From the NCBI GenBank assembly GCA_965113315.1, contig OZ220371.1: a stretch of DNA of 64,000 nucleotides. One strand, given 5' to 3'. Under the pieces are notes generated by a model that saw nothing but the letters and a program-made list of their open reading frames with translations, did no database searches and was not told the DNA's origin. The stretch is from Podarcis vaucheri. Its lineage: Eukaryota. Made by a program: the position numbers and the translations under genes. This document shows, piece after piece, positions 12,331 to 23,627 of this stretch (position 1 is the first letter of the stretch; every line of letters begins with the position of its first letter).

Positions 12331-12906
12331 ATTCACAAAGAGAAATGCTTTTCCAAAGCTCTTATTCACATTCCATTTAAGCCTATTCCTGTTGACTGTT
12401 CCTGGTCAGGACCCTCCCCTCATCCTTAGTCCTTTCTCTTTAGCTTGCAACCTCTGCCCTAGCCCACATTATCTTCCTCTGGATCATAACTACCCTGTTT
12501 TCCCAGACCCAAAGAGGCTTCTGGAACAAGGCACCTCCAGCTTTCTGTAGCTCCTTTTCATTTCCTGATCAAAAAGTCCCTCTCAGGCCAGCCTCTCACC
12601 CACATGATACCCTCCCATGTTATACCTGCTTTTTGTTTGCAGCACTATGATCTGTATTATGTAAGTTACTGGTGGGCAGCTTTTGGCAACTTATTGGACT
12701 GCCATCATTTCTAGAAACCATGGGATGTTGGGAGTCATAGCAGCTGGAAAGTAAAGGTTTCCAAAGGTGGGTTGATTCAGGGAGCAGGGAAGACTGGTGG
12801 ATGGTCACTGTTTTCTGGTGTGTCAGTGGACAAACATTCCTCTTGCTTTATTCATCAGTAACTGTGATTTTAGAGTTTTGAATAAAACAACTCTTTTAAT
12901 CTAGAT

Positions 12907-13040
12907 CTGGGTTTCCCAAGCTTGGGTCTCCCAGCTGTTTTTGGACCACAACTCCCTTCATACCTAGCTAGCAGGACGGGTCAGGAATGATGTGAACTGT
13001 AGTCCAAAAACAGCTGGAGACCCAGATTTGGGAAACATTG
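12907..13040. mobile_element. hAT MITE with 8-bp TSD
   Basis: Same family as 4865-4987. TSD ATCTAGAT (12899-12906) / ATCTAGCT (13041-13048). Confidence 0.82.
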
Positions 13041-14454
13041 ATCTAGCTAATACTATGGGCTATGTAGCCCAAGGCTAGCATAATAGGTAACTGTGAGGGA
13101 TGGCATACATTTTTGAGAGACTGAATATACTATACCAGGACTAACACTAAACCACTAAACAAAAATGAGGCAGTGGGAAAAGGTGGGCACTATACTTGCT
13201 CCAAGTATTTCAGTGAATTATGTATACATGAGGATACTTCCTTGTGGCCATGTCCATTCAATTCCTTAACCAAGTGGCAAAGCTTACTACTGAAAGCCAG
13301 GTACTTTTCTTACTTTACAAATGGAGAATATCAGTGTAGATAAACTGCCTCAGAGGGTTAAATGATGGTTTGAAAAACTTATTATTTGAGTTACCTACAG
13401 TGAAACACATTGCCCTCTTGGTTGTAGGAGTCCTTTATAACTAGGCTGTTCTGTCTACTACCTTATATTTCCAAGGTGAGGATTATTTTATCAATCACTC
13501 TCATACAACTGCCTTAGAGCAGATATTATAGCTGGCTTCATATTGGGGCTGTGAATGGATTGCTTGGTGGGCCCTGTGGAACTCTGCAGTGGTGGTAGGT
13601 GGCACCAGTAAGTGCTCTGAGCAACATCCAGCAGCTGCTTCTGTCCACTATTTAAATAGCCCAGAACCTTGCATCTGTGATGTTGCATCGAGGGTTCTTT
13701 GGGAAGTTAAAATGGTGGTTGGTTGTACAGTGCTCTGAGAGCTGGTGAAGAAATATTTAAAGGGGAGGCCTTGGCTCAAGGGTTAGCCAAGGGTCTGCCA
13801 AAGTGCTAGGCAGATTCCTAGTGATGCTGTGAGATGACGCCATCTTTTCCTTGTGATGGCTGTTTTTGTCTTCTTCCTCTGGTGGCTCCCTAATAATCCA
13901 TTCACCACAAATGGTAACTGCAAATATGTTTGCTGCAGTAAAGTATTGATGAACAACGACATGCAAAATTGCAATGTTAGCTGGTGACAAAAGGCTGGTC
14001 ACATTTGCAGAAAAATTAAAATTAAAAAAGAGCATTGGATGCATTGGTCCTTTCTTCTAAATGTACTTCCTAAATCAAATATTTACAAAAGTTTTTTGTT
14101 TTTTTAAATAGACCTTTATGCCTCATTTGTTCCATCTTTCATGGCAACACAGATAGAAAGTTAGTTAGTAACAAGTAGATAGAACTGCGGCTGCCAATGT
14201 TTTGAAAAATCATGCCCTTCAGTTATCTTGGAACAGTCCCACTTCAGAATGTGGCCACATGATTGCATGACTATTTCCGAACTAGGAGTAATTGCTGGTT
14301 TGCAAACGTTCTTTCAGATTAAAAACAACAAGAATCCAGAATCCCTGTAGGTGGAAAACTAATATATCAAAGCAAAGACTTGGCTAGAACCCTTGGGCAT
14401 TAAATTTTGTTTTTCGTTGAACAGGACTTTTGTGGGGGAGGGGGGGACCATCAA

Positions 14455-14622
14455 TATAGTAATGCCCTTGTACAAATCTATGCAGTAACATTATTTGGAA
14501 TACTATGTACAGAACAGCTCTAGTTGCTGTGTCCCAAAAATGATAGTGTAGCACTAGAAAAGAGCAACCAACACAGTAAAAAAGTTGCAGCAGCTATAGT
14601 TGAGGAAAGGTTCCAGTCTTTG
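14455..14622 (+). mobile_element. Ancient CR1 ORF2 fragment
   Basis: ATGCCCTTGTACAAATCTATG...TTTGGAATACTATGTACAG is a decayed MPLYKSM...LEYCVQ, followed by AAAAGAGCAACCAA (KRAT). Confidence 0.6.
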
Positions 14623-14741
14623 ATAATGCGTCTCTGTGTGTTTCTGGATTCTTCATCGTTCCTGAAATTATTTGCCTCAACATTTTATTACTACTAGGAT
14701 CTACTTGATATGGATATTAGATCCTGCCAGTATGAAAGTTG

Positions 14742-15308
14742 ATAGAATCATAGAATCATAGAATCATAGAGTTGGAAGAGACCACAAGGGCCATCGAGTC
14801 CAACCCCCTGCCAAGCAGGAAACACCATCAGAGCACTCCTGACATATGGTTGTCAAGCCTCTGCTTAAAGACCTCCAAAGTAGGAGACTCCACCACACTC
14901 CTTGGCAGCAAATTCCACTGTCGAACAGCTCTTACTGTCAGGAAGTTCTTCCTAATGTTTAGGTGGAATCTTCTTTCTTGTAGTTTGGATCCATTGCTCC
15001 GTGTCCGCTTCTCTGGAGCAGCAGAAAACGACCTTTCTCCCTCCTCTATGTGACATCCTTTTATATATTTGAACATGGCTATCATATCACCCCTTAACCT
15101 CCTCTTCTCCAGGCTAAACATGCCCAGCTCCCTTAGCCGTTCCTCATAAGGCATCGTTTCCAGGCCTTTGACCATTTTGGTTGCCCTCCTCTGGACACGT
15201 TCCAGTTTGTCAGTGTCCTTCTTGAACTGTGGTGCCCAGAACTGGACACAGTACTCCAGGTGAGGTCTGACCAGAGCAGAATACAGTGGCACTATTACTT
15301 CCCTTGAT
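14742..15308 (-). mobile_element. Young 5'-truncated CR1 LINE (ORF2 RT C-terminus, 3' UTR and tail)
   Basis: ORF 14828-15292: [44 protein letters not shown]...LEVFKQRLD is the canonical CR1 ORF2 end. (ATTCTATG)n tail. TTGATA at both junctions (14739-14744, 15304-15309). Confidence 0.96.
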
Positions 15309-15993
15309 AACTGGAACGCTTTTTAATGCTATCAGTTCAGAATTGTTTGAACTTTCTTTTATTGTTTGTTTGTAAGACTCCATAACCTCCTAGGATCTTA
15401 ATGTACAGATTGCAGTTAGAAGCATAGAATCATAACGAAAGCACACTGGGTAATATAATATTTGTCCATATTTTCCTTCTATACCCTTTTTTTCTATCAA
15501 GGCATAATAGAATAGAGAGTTCAGCAGCATTTAAGACACACCTGCATAAATATAAAAGAGCATAACTGACCATTATGGTGCTAAAGCATTATTTTAACCA
15601 TCGGCATACTCCTTTGAATGATGGCTTGCTAAAAGCTAGAGATGGCCTATGAAACAATTTCTAAGGAATAGGGAAGTCTGGTTCACATACTATGTGAGAT
15701 GAGAGCCATTTTCACATTTAATTGTGAACTACGAGACCCAGCTGTAAGCGGTATCCAGAGCAGTTCTAAGACATGGAAGGAAATCCAGAACAGTGGGGAA
15801 AGGGCTGTGGTGGGCATAGCAAAGAGACAGTGGGTAAGCTAGGAAGGGGATAAAACATGGTTGAGGAACGTTTTTCAGGTCACTTTGTGTTCTGGGCAAC
15901 CTCCCAGAGGGGGCATGCAAGTGGTGGGTGGGGCCAGAGGCAAAGTGAACAGAGCAACAAATGTACATTTTATCTTTGTAGAAGTAGAGTTTC

Positions 15994-16279
15994 TTTTTTT
16001 GTAGTATTTTTATTAAGTTTTAAACAAAGTAACAAAAAAGGGGGAAAGCAACAGTAAAAAATGCAATAACATCCATAAACAAAGAAAATTATACATAAAC
16101 CATATCACTTCCCTAAAGTGATATGGCTTCCTCCCTCCCATTCCCGATTCCCTAAATTTCGTATCAACTGCATATCATTTCTACTCCAAATTTTTCCTAA
16201 CCTCAAATTTCCTATACTATTTCTAAAATTACAAGTATTTGTAAAATCCTGCCAACGTATTTATCTGTTTGCAATACCT
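15994..16279 (-). mobile_element. 5'-truncated L1 LINE 3' end with 15-bp TSD
   Basis: Poly(A) tail and AATAAA on minus. Residual ORF2 end ...YCKQINTLAGFYKYL*. TSD TAGAAGTAGAGTTTC (15979-15993) / TAGAAATAGAGTTTC (16280-16294). Confidence 0.82.
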
Positions 16280-16799
16280 TAGAAATAGAGTTTCACACAC
16301 AGTCACACTTATCTATCCTCCATCCAGACAAGTAAAAGCAAAATTCAAGGACATGTTCTCATGAGGCAAAAACACTCGAGGAAGCTACAAAACAGGACAA
16401 GTGTTGGGCATGGGCTAGGGAAGAGGGTATGGAGTATTTCTGCATTTCTGTTGGTTAAATAAAACGTGTAACTTGCCAAACTGTGTCTCCCATCTTTCTG
16501 TATCATGTATACGAACAACTAAGGGAAAGAATGTGGAACCTTTCTTGTGTGTTTGTGTGTGTGAGAGAGTGTTGGACTGTGTATCTGCTTTTCCGGCATG
16601 TGGAGAAGATTTGCCAGGCCAAAGTTTCTCAGATAATGGTTCTTGGTTCCCTGAATCATTAAAACCACAAGAGAACAGATAACTGTGTAATCTCTGCCTT
16701 CCAAAAGCAGCTCTATAGCTAATAAACACTTTAGAAGACTACCCAAGTTAAAATCAAACACACAAACTAAGTGTAAGCAGAAGGCGATCATACTGTTCT

Positions 16800-18250
16800 A
16801 CTCAGATGCCTTTGCCACACAGCCTTCATGAAAAAGCAGTTTTTTGTAAATCATTTTTAAACAGCAAAGCTCCCTTTGCCACCCCACCTCAGCCGAATAA
16901 GTCACTTGTTCAACACTGGCTATTGGCTCCAATACAATCACCACACCTGCTGGACTTTGTAAACCAGTACTCTCCCCTCTTCCCTCACCAACACTGTTCA
17001 ACAAATACCAACCTGAAAAGAGATGACCCTTTTAATTCCTTAATATAGGCTACAGTTTGGTTTGATTTATGGAAGACAAGCAGCCTGTTCATAANNNNNN
17101 NNNNNNNNNNNNNNNNNNNNNNNNNNNNNNNNNNNNNNNNNNNNNNNNNNNNNNNNNNNNNNNNNNNNNNNNNNNNNNNNNNNNNNNNNNNNNNNNNNNN
17201 NNNNNNNNNNNNNNNNNNNNNNNNNNNNNNNNNNNNNNNNNNNNNNNNNNNNNNNNNNNNNNNNNNNCCTTATTGTCAATAGCAAGTGTTCGTCCTATTG
17301 GGAGTCATTTAATAACCAGCTGCCATTTAAAGTGGAGACAGAATATTTGTCTCAGACGGCTCATCTCAAGGCTAGTTTCTCTGCACAGAAAGCTGGGACT
17401 CCTTCAAGAAAAACAACAGCTGGACACTCACCATTGTCCTCCCCTTTTCTTTTGTAGAGCCTAGTTAAAACCAACACTGACACTCTTTGTGAGTTTTTTT
17501 TGGAATGCTGGAATTAGCTGTGGGTTGCTTAAAACTTACAGACTAATACTTTTGTGTTGAATGCTTTCATCTTCCCTTAATTGTACAACAGGGTCGTGTT
17601 CATTTTGTTTTCTCCCCCCATATGCTTAAAACAATGGCTAGTTTGAGGTGTCAACAAAACCCTGCCCATCATCTGCGTTTCCTTCAGGTTATTAATTTAA
17701 TTTTGCATTCTGCATTTTTTAAATTGGAAACAAACAAACAAACAAATCAATGAAGCAACAAACTTGTTTCAGAGAGGCCCTGTCTCTGATAAATCAATAC
17801 AATTGGTCTATATAAAAATAGTTTCATGAGTGGCAATGCCTTTATTTAGAAGCTGCTGTTTAAATTTTCTTAACTTGACAGCTAGGGATTATCCTTTGTG
17901 GCTGTGATCTGTAACAAAACAAGAAGAAAGGATGTGTGTGTGTGTGTGTGCAGGAGATCGCAGGGAAAAAAATGGCCTCTTTCATGGCTAATTAAGCTAG
18001 AAAACAAATCAATCAGCAGAAATAGCTGATGAATTTATTATGTCTTCGGAAGCTTACTCTATCCTAATGTTCTTGATGTGCACTAAAAATTACTATTCCT
18101 ACCATCTTATAGGATAAGCATTTACCTTTAAGCTTTACATCTATCCATAATATTGATCGGAGAATCTCGGGTAAGTAATGGAAGCTTGGGTTTATATAAG
18201 TGTGTTGGATATAAACATGAGAGCTGTGAAAACTTCAACAACCGAACCCT
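16800..18250. promoter_or_regulatory. Putative PBX-HOX/MEIS enhancer cluster surrounding an N-run
   Basis: TGATTTATGG 17063-17072, ATAAATCA 17789-17796, TGACAG 17876-17881, ATCAATCA 18008-18015. TE-free. Confidence 0.45.
17095..17267. other. N-run, 173 bp
   Basis: Seen directly; flanks are unique sequence. Confidence 0.98.
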
Positions 18251-20691
18251 GGTGAATAAACTCACGCCCCCCCCCCCTTTAGATCATTTTTTATATTAGT
18301 GCAGAGTTTAAGAACCTGTGGAAAAGCTAAGTGAAAGTTAATGGCACTCTAGAAGGAGAGGTGTAACCGCTAAGACCAGACCATTGTCATGTGTTCACAA
18401 GCCACACATGCCTATTTATCATTTGCCAGTTTGCAAGTGCTCATATGCATTTTGAATACATCATGAGGTTTTTGAATACATTAGTAAGAAAGCCTGGGAA
18501 AATATTCAGCTTTTGTGGGTTGCAGTGCTAAATATACACCACAACATTGATGTTTCCCATTGAAATGTGAATACTTGAACCTGGTTGTTTTCCAACACTG
18601 GAATATTGTGGTCCTCTCAAAGCCGACATGTCATTTGCTGGTTGGTTAAATATAATGGCATACTTTTCAGAAAAGGAATATAAATATTTTACAGATGAGG
18701 TGAGTGTTTTGTTCTAAGCCTTGTAAACACGCATTAGATTGTGGTTCTCAGCTTTTAAGAAGTCCACAGATCTCCAACCAGGAAAATTATATCTGCTGTA
18801 TCTTACTATTTCTGGTTTTTCCTATTTATTTTAATTTATGCTAACCGACTGCTAACCGACAGGCTGTGCATCAGTTCAGGAGTCTCAATAACCAACTAAA
18901 AATATAGTGAACTTAATGCCTCAGCATAGTGTCTACATGGGTTTCCTGAATCTCATCATCTTAAACAAATGATTCCCTCTTTGTTTTACCTTTATAATTA
19001 GCCCCCACCAATCTGACCATCTCTGTGATCTCGACATACCCTCTTCTTTCTCTCTTCATATGCCCAGAGAAATACATTTCCTTACATCACCATGATTAAA
19101 ACTGCAATTCCTAACAATGAATTATAAGATATTTCAGGGAATTGCTTTTGAAGGTGCTTTAAGATTTGTTTCACACACGGACAACCACACACCCCTTTCT
19201 TAATATCGGGCACCCATTTGCATAGCACTGTTCACCACTATGCTGTGTGTCACACAGCAAGTCTAATAAAGAATCAAATCAGCTGCTCACTATGTAAATA
19301 TCTTAGGATATGAGGGACATCTGCATTTCAATTACACATATGTGTGAAAAATAAATTATGCTGTCTTCATTATCATGATAGAGATGTTGCCCGTCCTGTA
19401 TAACTGAAGGAAATGGATCAGTTTAAGGGACTGACACCAAGGATGTATTTTGAGGATAGTTTGTTTATTTCATGGATTTTCTTAGCTGCCTTTCATTACA
19501 AGGACCCAGGGTGAGATACAGCAACACAACAATCCTATATTAAAATCAGTTAAAAGAATTTGCATCAGAAAAATATAAGAATATGTACATTATTGAACAT
19601 TATGTGCAATACTGCATATTTTCTGATACAGTTATTTTAATGTGTGTTTAAGACTCTTCATAACAGAATTGTCACAGAAGATGCATATGATGTAGAACCT
19701 CAGTACACGGTAGTCTGTAGTAAAGGTTTCATTTTACCAGTTCAGAATTAGTTCTTTGTGCCCATGGAGATTTTTCCAGACATGAAAAAGCTATGGTAGA
19801 TGCTATATTCCAAGAGGAGATCCAGAGGAGAAGAAAGATAAGCTTCTGTCCTCCCTGTCAATTCCTTGTTTTCTTGGTCATCTGTTGGGTCATTGTTTAC
19901 AGCTTCCTCCCAAGTAGCTACTTGCTCCTGAGGAGACCCTTGTTGGTAGAGCCTTCTGCAGCCCTATGCCATCTCTTGGTTTGCGGGGTCTTCTTGCTAT
20001 CTTCACTGTTGAGCCCTGGGTAGCCAGGAAGGAGAATCAAGATTCAGAATGTAGCTAGATGGGTTAATTGGTGGGGGCAAATGAAACATTCATGAGCAGT
20101 GGCCAGCCTGCCTTGGGACTTTGGGTAGTTTCTCCAGGTCCTCAATTACATTGGGGTTCTCTGCATTCTCATGCTTCTTTCTCAAGAAGGAGTCTCAAAG
20201 CAATCTCTCAGAGAACAGGCATTGCTTGTTCGCTCAGGATTTTAGATATCTCAAAATGGAATGCTCCCTCTATAGACGTTAAGCTTCCAGTCCTCATTTC
20301 TGTGGTGGGTGGGCCTTGCTTCCTAGATCCTTCCTGGCATGCTTAAAATCTTCTCCATTTGATTAAGATGTAGAGGCTGCTTTCTCAGCATAGTCACTGG
20401 GTTCTTTTTCCAAGGGAGAAGCTGCTTCCCATGTGTTCATCCTATTGAGCAGCTCTTCATTTGAGACACTAACCAATTTCTATCGTACTTGGTTATCGCA
20501 TTGTTTAAAAGAAGTTTCCTAGATTTGTGGTGGGGTGGTGGTAGGCTCAAAAGTGGTACACTTTCAATAAACAGAGCTGCAAGCTTTAATTTGTTTAAAC
20601 AATAAACAACAAAATATTTATTGAACAGTGGGGGCTAATTTTAATTGGCAAGGGGAATGTTAATCAGTACAGTTGAGGGTAAAGAACAACA

Positions 20692-20850
20692 ATGTAGCTC
20701 AGTGACAGAGCATATATTTTTCCATGTGGCTTCCATTTTTCCTGTTGCATCCAAGTAGAGCTCAGAAAGACTCTACCCTGCACCCCTGGAGAGCTGCTGC
20801 CAGTTCACATCAACAGTACGAAGACAAATGGACCTGTGGCCTGAATGGTA
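20692..20850 (+). mobile_element. Degenerate tRNA-derived SINE
   Basis: TGTAGCTCAGTGACAGAGCAT A-box head; CCCTGGAGAGCTGCTGCCAGT body. Interrupted at its 3' end by a MITE. Confidence 0.55.
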
Positions 20851-20964
20851 CAGGGTTTCCCAAATTTGAGTCTGTAGCTGTTTTTGGACTACAACTCCCA
20901 TAATCCCTAGCTAGCAGGAGTAGTGGTCTGGGATGATGGGAACTGTAGTCCAAAAACAGCTGGA
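20851..20964. mobile_element. hAT MITE, right end truncated
   Basis: CAGGGTTTCCCAAA terminus. AGCTGTTTTTGGACTACA / TGTAGTCCAAAAACAGCT palindrome. Confidence 0.8.
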
Positions 20965-21254
20965 AGAGCTCATTGGGTTAAGCCATTCTCCTGTGCATGA
21001 GGCTTAGGTATAAGGTATATATAGGTGTAGGATATAGGCCTGGATCATATACTTATAATAACACAACCTTATTTGTTGAAAGGAAATGAGGAATGCTCAG
21101 TCCATGTGGAGACCCAATCAGCTGTTTCTAGTGAAACAGCTGCATGAAATGAATTTCTGTGTGTGAATACCCACCCTCATACATACTGTTTTGCCTGGAT
21201 GTTTACATGTTCCAAGGAGGTCCTTCTCAGTGTCCCACCACCAGTGACATGGAA

Positions 21255-21490
21255 TTGGGCCTCTTCCATGGTGGTTCCCCATCTGTGGAAGGACTTCCCC
21301 TTCTGGAGTACAGCTGGCTCAGATCCACCTTTTGGCACCAGCTTAAAACAGAACTATACTCAAAAGATTTGGGAATTGTTAGCTGTTCAGCTGAGTTTGA
21401 AGTAGATATTGTTCTGTAGTTTTAAGACTGATGTTATTTATTGATTTTAACTGCTCTCTGATTATTATAAATTTGCTGTTTTAATTGGAA
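21255..21490 (+). mobile_element. Old L2-like 3' fragment
   Basis: GGGCCTCTTCCATGGTGGTTCCCCATCTGTGGAA...CTTAAAACAGAACT followed by an AT-rich tail. Confidence 0.45.
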
Positions 21491-22079
21491 TTTTATTGGA
21501 CTCTGTCCTGAGATCATGGTAATGAACTGTGATATATTTTTTAAACATAAAAATATGTGGCAGAAATAGGTGCAGCACATGTGTGCTGCTTCACCACATG
21601 AGGAAGTTTGCTGACTCAATAAGTAAAGAAGCCTTGGGGTTAAGGGAATCCACATTAGATCTACTTAAGCAACCCATATGTGGATATACTTGCATATATA
21701 CTATGTCTATATTATAATTAATTATATTATTGTTCCAGTTTAGGCTGATTTTTTAAAATAGAAAGTAAAGGACTTTCCTTTTTGTCAGGCCATGCTAGAC
21801 TGTCACAGACTTAATGATGTTCTACAGGAATATGGAGCTAGGCTTCATTTGAAGGTCCCAGAGTGGACTGAAATGTTAGATTGCCAGGGAGATACCAGTA
21901 ATTATCCCAAATCAGAAATGGGAACCTATTGCCCTCCAGGTGTTGTTAAACTACAGCTCCTGTCAGTTCCATCTAGCATGGCCACTGCTGGTCAGAGATG
22001 TGAGTTACATTCCAACATCTGGAGCACCAGAGATTCCCCATTCCTGTATTAAATCTTAAGTACACCCCAAACCTAGTCA

Positions 22080-22254
22080 TAGAATCATAGAATCATAGAG
22101 TTGGAAGAGACCACAAGGGCCATTGAGTCCAACCCCCTGCCAAGCAGGAAACACCATCAGAGCACTCCTGACATATGGTTGTCAAGCCTCTGCTTAAAGA
22201 CCTCCAAAGAAGTAGACTCCACCAACTCCTTGGCAGCAAATTCCACTGTCGAAC
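22080..22254 (-). mobile_element. Young CR1 3' end (175 bp), tail of a chimeric insertion
   Basis: (ATTCTATG)n tail; near-identical to the CR1 at 14742-14927 up to ...CCACTGTCGAAC. Confidence 0.95.
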
Positions 22255-23627
22255 CTATACAGAAACAACTCAGGATTTGATTCAGGAATCTGTTTTGACA
22301 TGGCAAGCTGTGGAGAAGACGAAGGAGAAAGTTGTTGTTGAACCTCAAGTAATTCAAGTGGAGAGAGCCCCGGCCTTTCAGAGGCAATTTGATGAACATA
22401 AGCTGTTGCCCTTTACAATTGAATCCAGAGAAAGCCAGATTTGGAGGGATGGAGTCCCGCTTGGATTGGAGAAGGAAAGTTGGATAGATCCCCTTATGCA
22501 GGTTTGGGACCTGGATTTGGGTCAGGGGGAGATCGGAGCTGTGGGGGCCTTTAGTTTGGAGGGACTTTGAAACACGCTCTGAAGGAGACTTCCGGGTTAG
22601 CGCGATCGGCTAATGGCGGATTCCCTCCGAGCTCCGGAGAGAATCTGCTCGACAGGGGCCGGGTCTTGCCGTGCCGGCGATGCAGGGACCCTTAAAAACC
22701 ACGGGCGCGGATGCCCGTGGACATGGTGACTCGGCGGGCACCGTTAGCGCCCTCCCGACCCACGAAGGAGCCTTTTTAAAGGCTACGGAACGGGTGACGG
22801 GGAGCGGCATGGTGCTGTGAGTCTTCTGCTTCCCCTGCCGAGCGAAGCCGCATGCCATTTGTCGGAGAGCGCTGACTTCTTCCTTTTAAAATTTGGACTT
22901 AAAATCAAGAACAACAACCCGTGAGTAATTTGGAAATTGGACTAAAATTATTTCATTTGTGGATTTGGTACGAGCGGGGGAGGTGAAAAGAGGAAGTCCG
23001 TCTCCCCCCCATTGTAAACAGTTTAAAGCAAGGATCTGCCAACTAAGGTTGCGAGAAGAGCTATTTTTTCTTCCTGATTGGATAAAAGTTATTAATTCCA
23101 CGGATTTAAAAGTCTAAGTTATTGTGCTGGAGGACAAGAGTTTATTTGTTTAGATTAAGTGCCACTCTTCTCGAGACCGGGACTAACCTGTGAAAAGAGC
23201 CTGCTGAGGATTTACAGAAGACTTTGACAGCTGTCAAATTAGCTGTCAAAGTCGGAAAAAACTGAAAGCTTTAGTTTTAGCCGGTTATATTGTTACAAAG
23301 TATTGAATGGAAAGAAAGATTGATACAAATAAAGTTGACTTTTGGATCGGAAGTGAAAGGAACATTAAGTAACCAGAATCCCTCTAGAGGGGATTCACGG
23401 ACATTACAAGAATGGAAATAGGTCGGAAAATACTAGCTGATCTGGATGAGCTTGTCTTTCTCATGGGAAAGCTGCGAAAGATGTATGAGCAAGGCCATGT
23501 TTTGTCTACAAGTCCTACAAAACCGAAGTCAACAGAAAATATATCTACTGAGTTGGAAAAGGACTTGATGTTTAAAACAAAGGCAGCTGGACAAGAAAAG
23601 AAACCAAAAAGTCATTTTGATCTTACC
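22255..23627 (+). mobile_element. L1-like 5' region (CpG-rich 5' UTR plus upstream ORF), circularly permuted
   Basis: CpG-island-like block starting GACTTCCGGGTTAGCGCG at 22587, resembling a LINE internal promoter. ORF N-terminal half at 23412-23627, C-terminal half at 22256-22570. The whole composite is flanked by TSD CCAAACCTAGTCA (22067-22079, 23626-23638). L1 assignment is by resemblance. Confidence 0.65.

Noticed and set aside
14828-15292. 154-aa ORF as a host gene
   Set aside because: It is the C-terminus of CR1 ORF2 in a 5'-truncated insertion.
22175-22570. 131-aa ORF as a real gene
   Set aside because: Its first 26 codons are antisense CR1 sequence fused by chance to the passenger ORF half. 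Likewise the tail of ORF 23412-23702 runs into flanking DNA.
22587-22880. CpG island as a host gene promoter
   Set aside because: It lies inside a TSD-bounded insertion, so it is element-derived.
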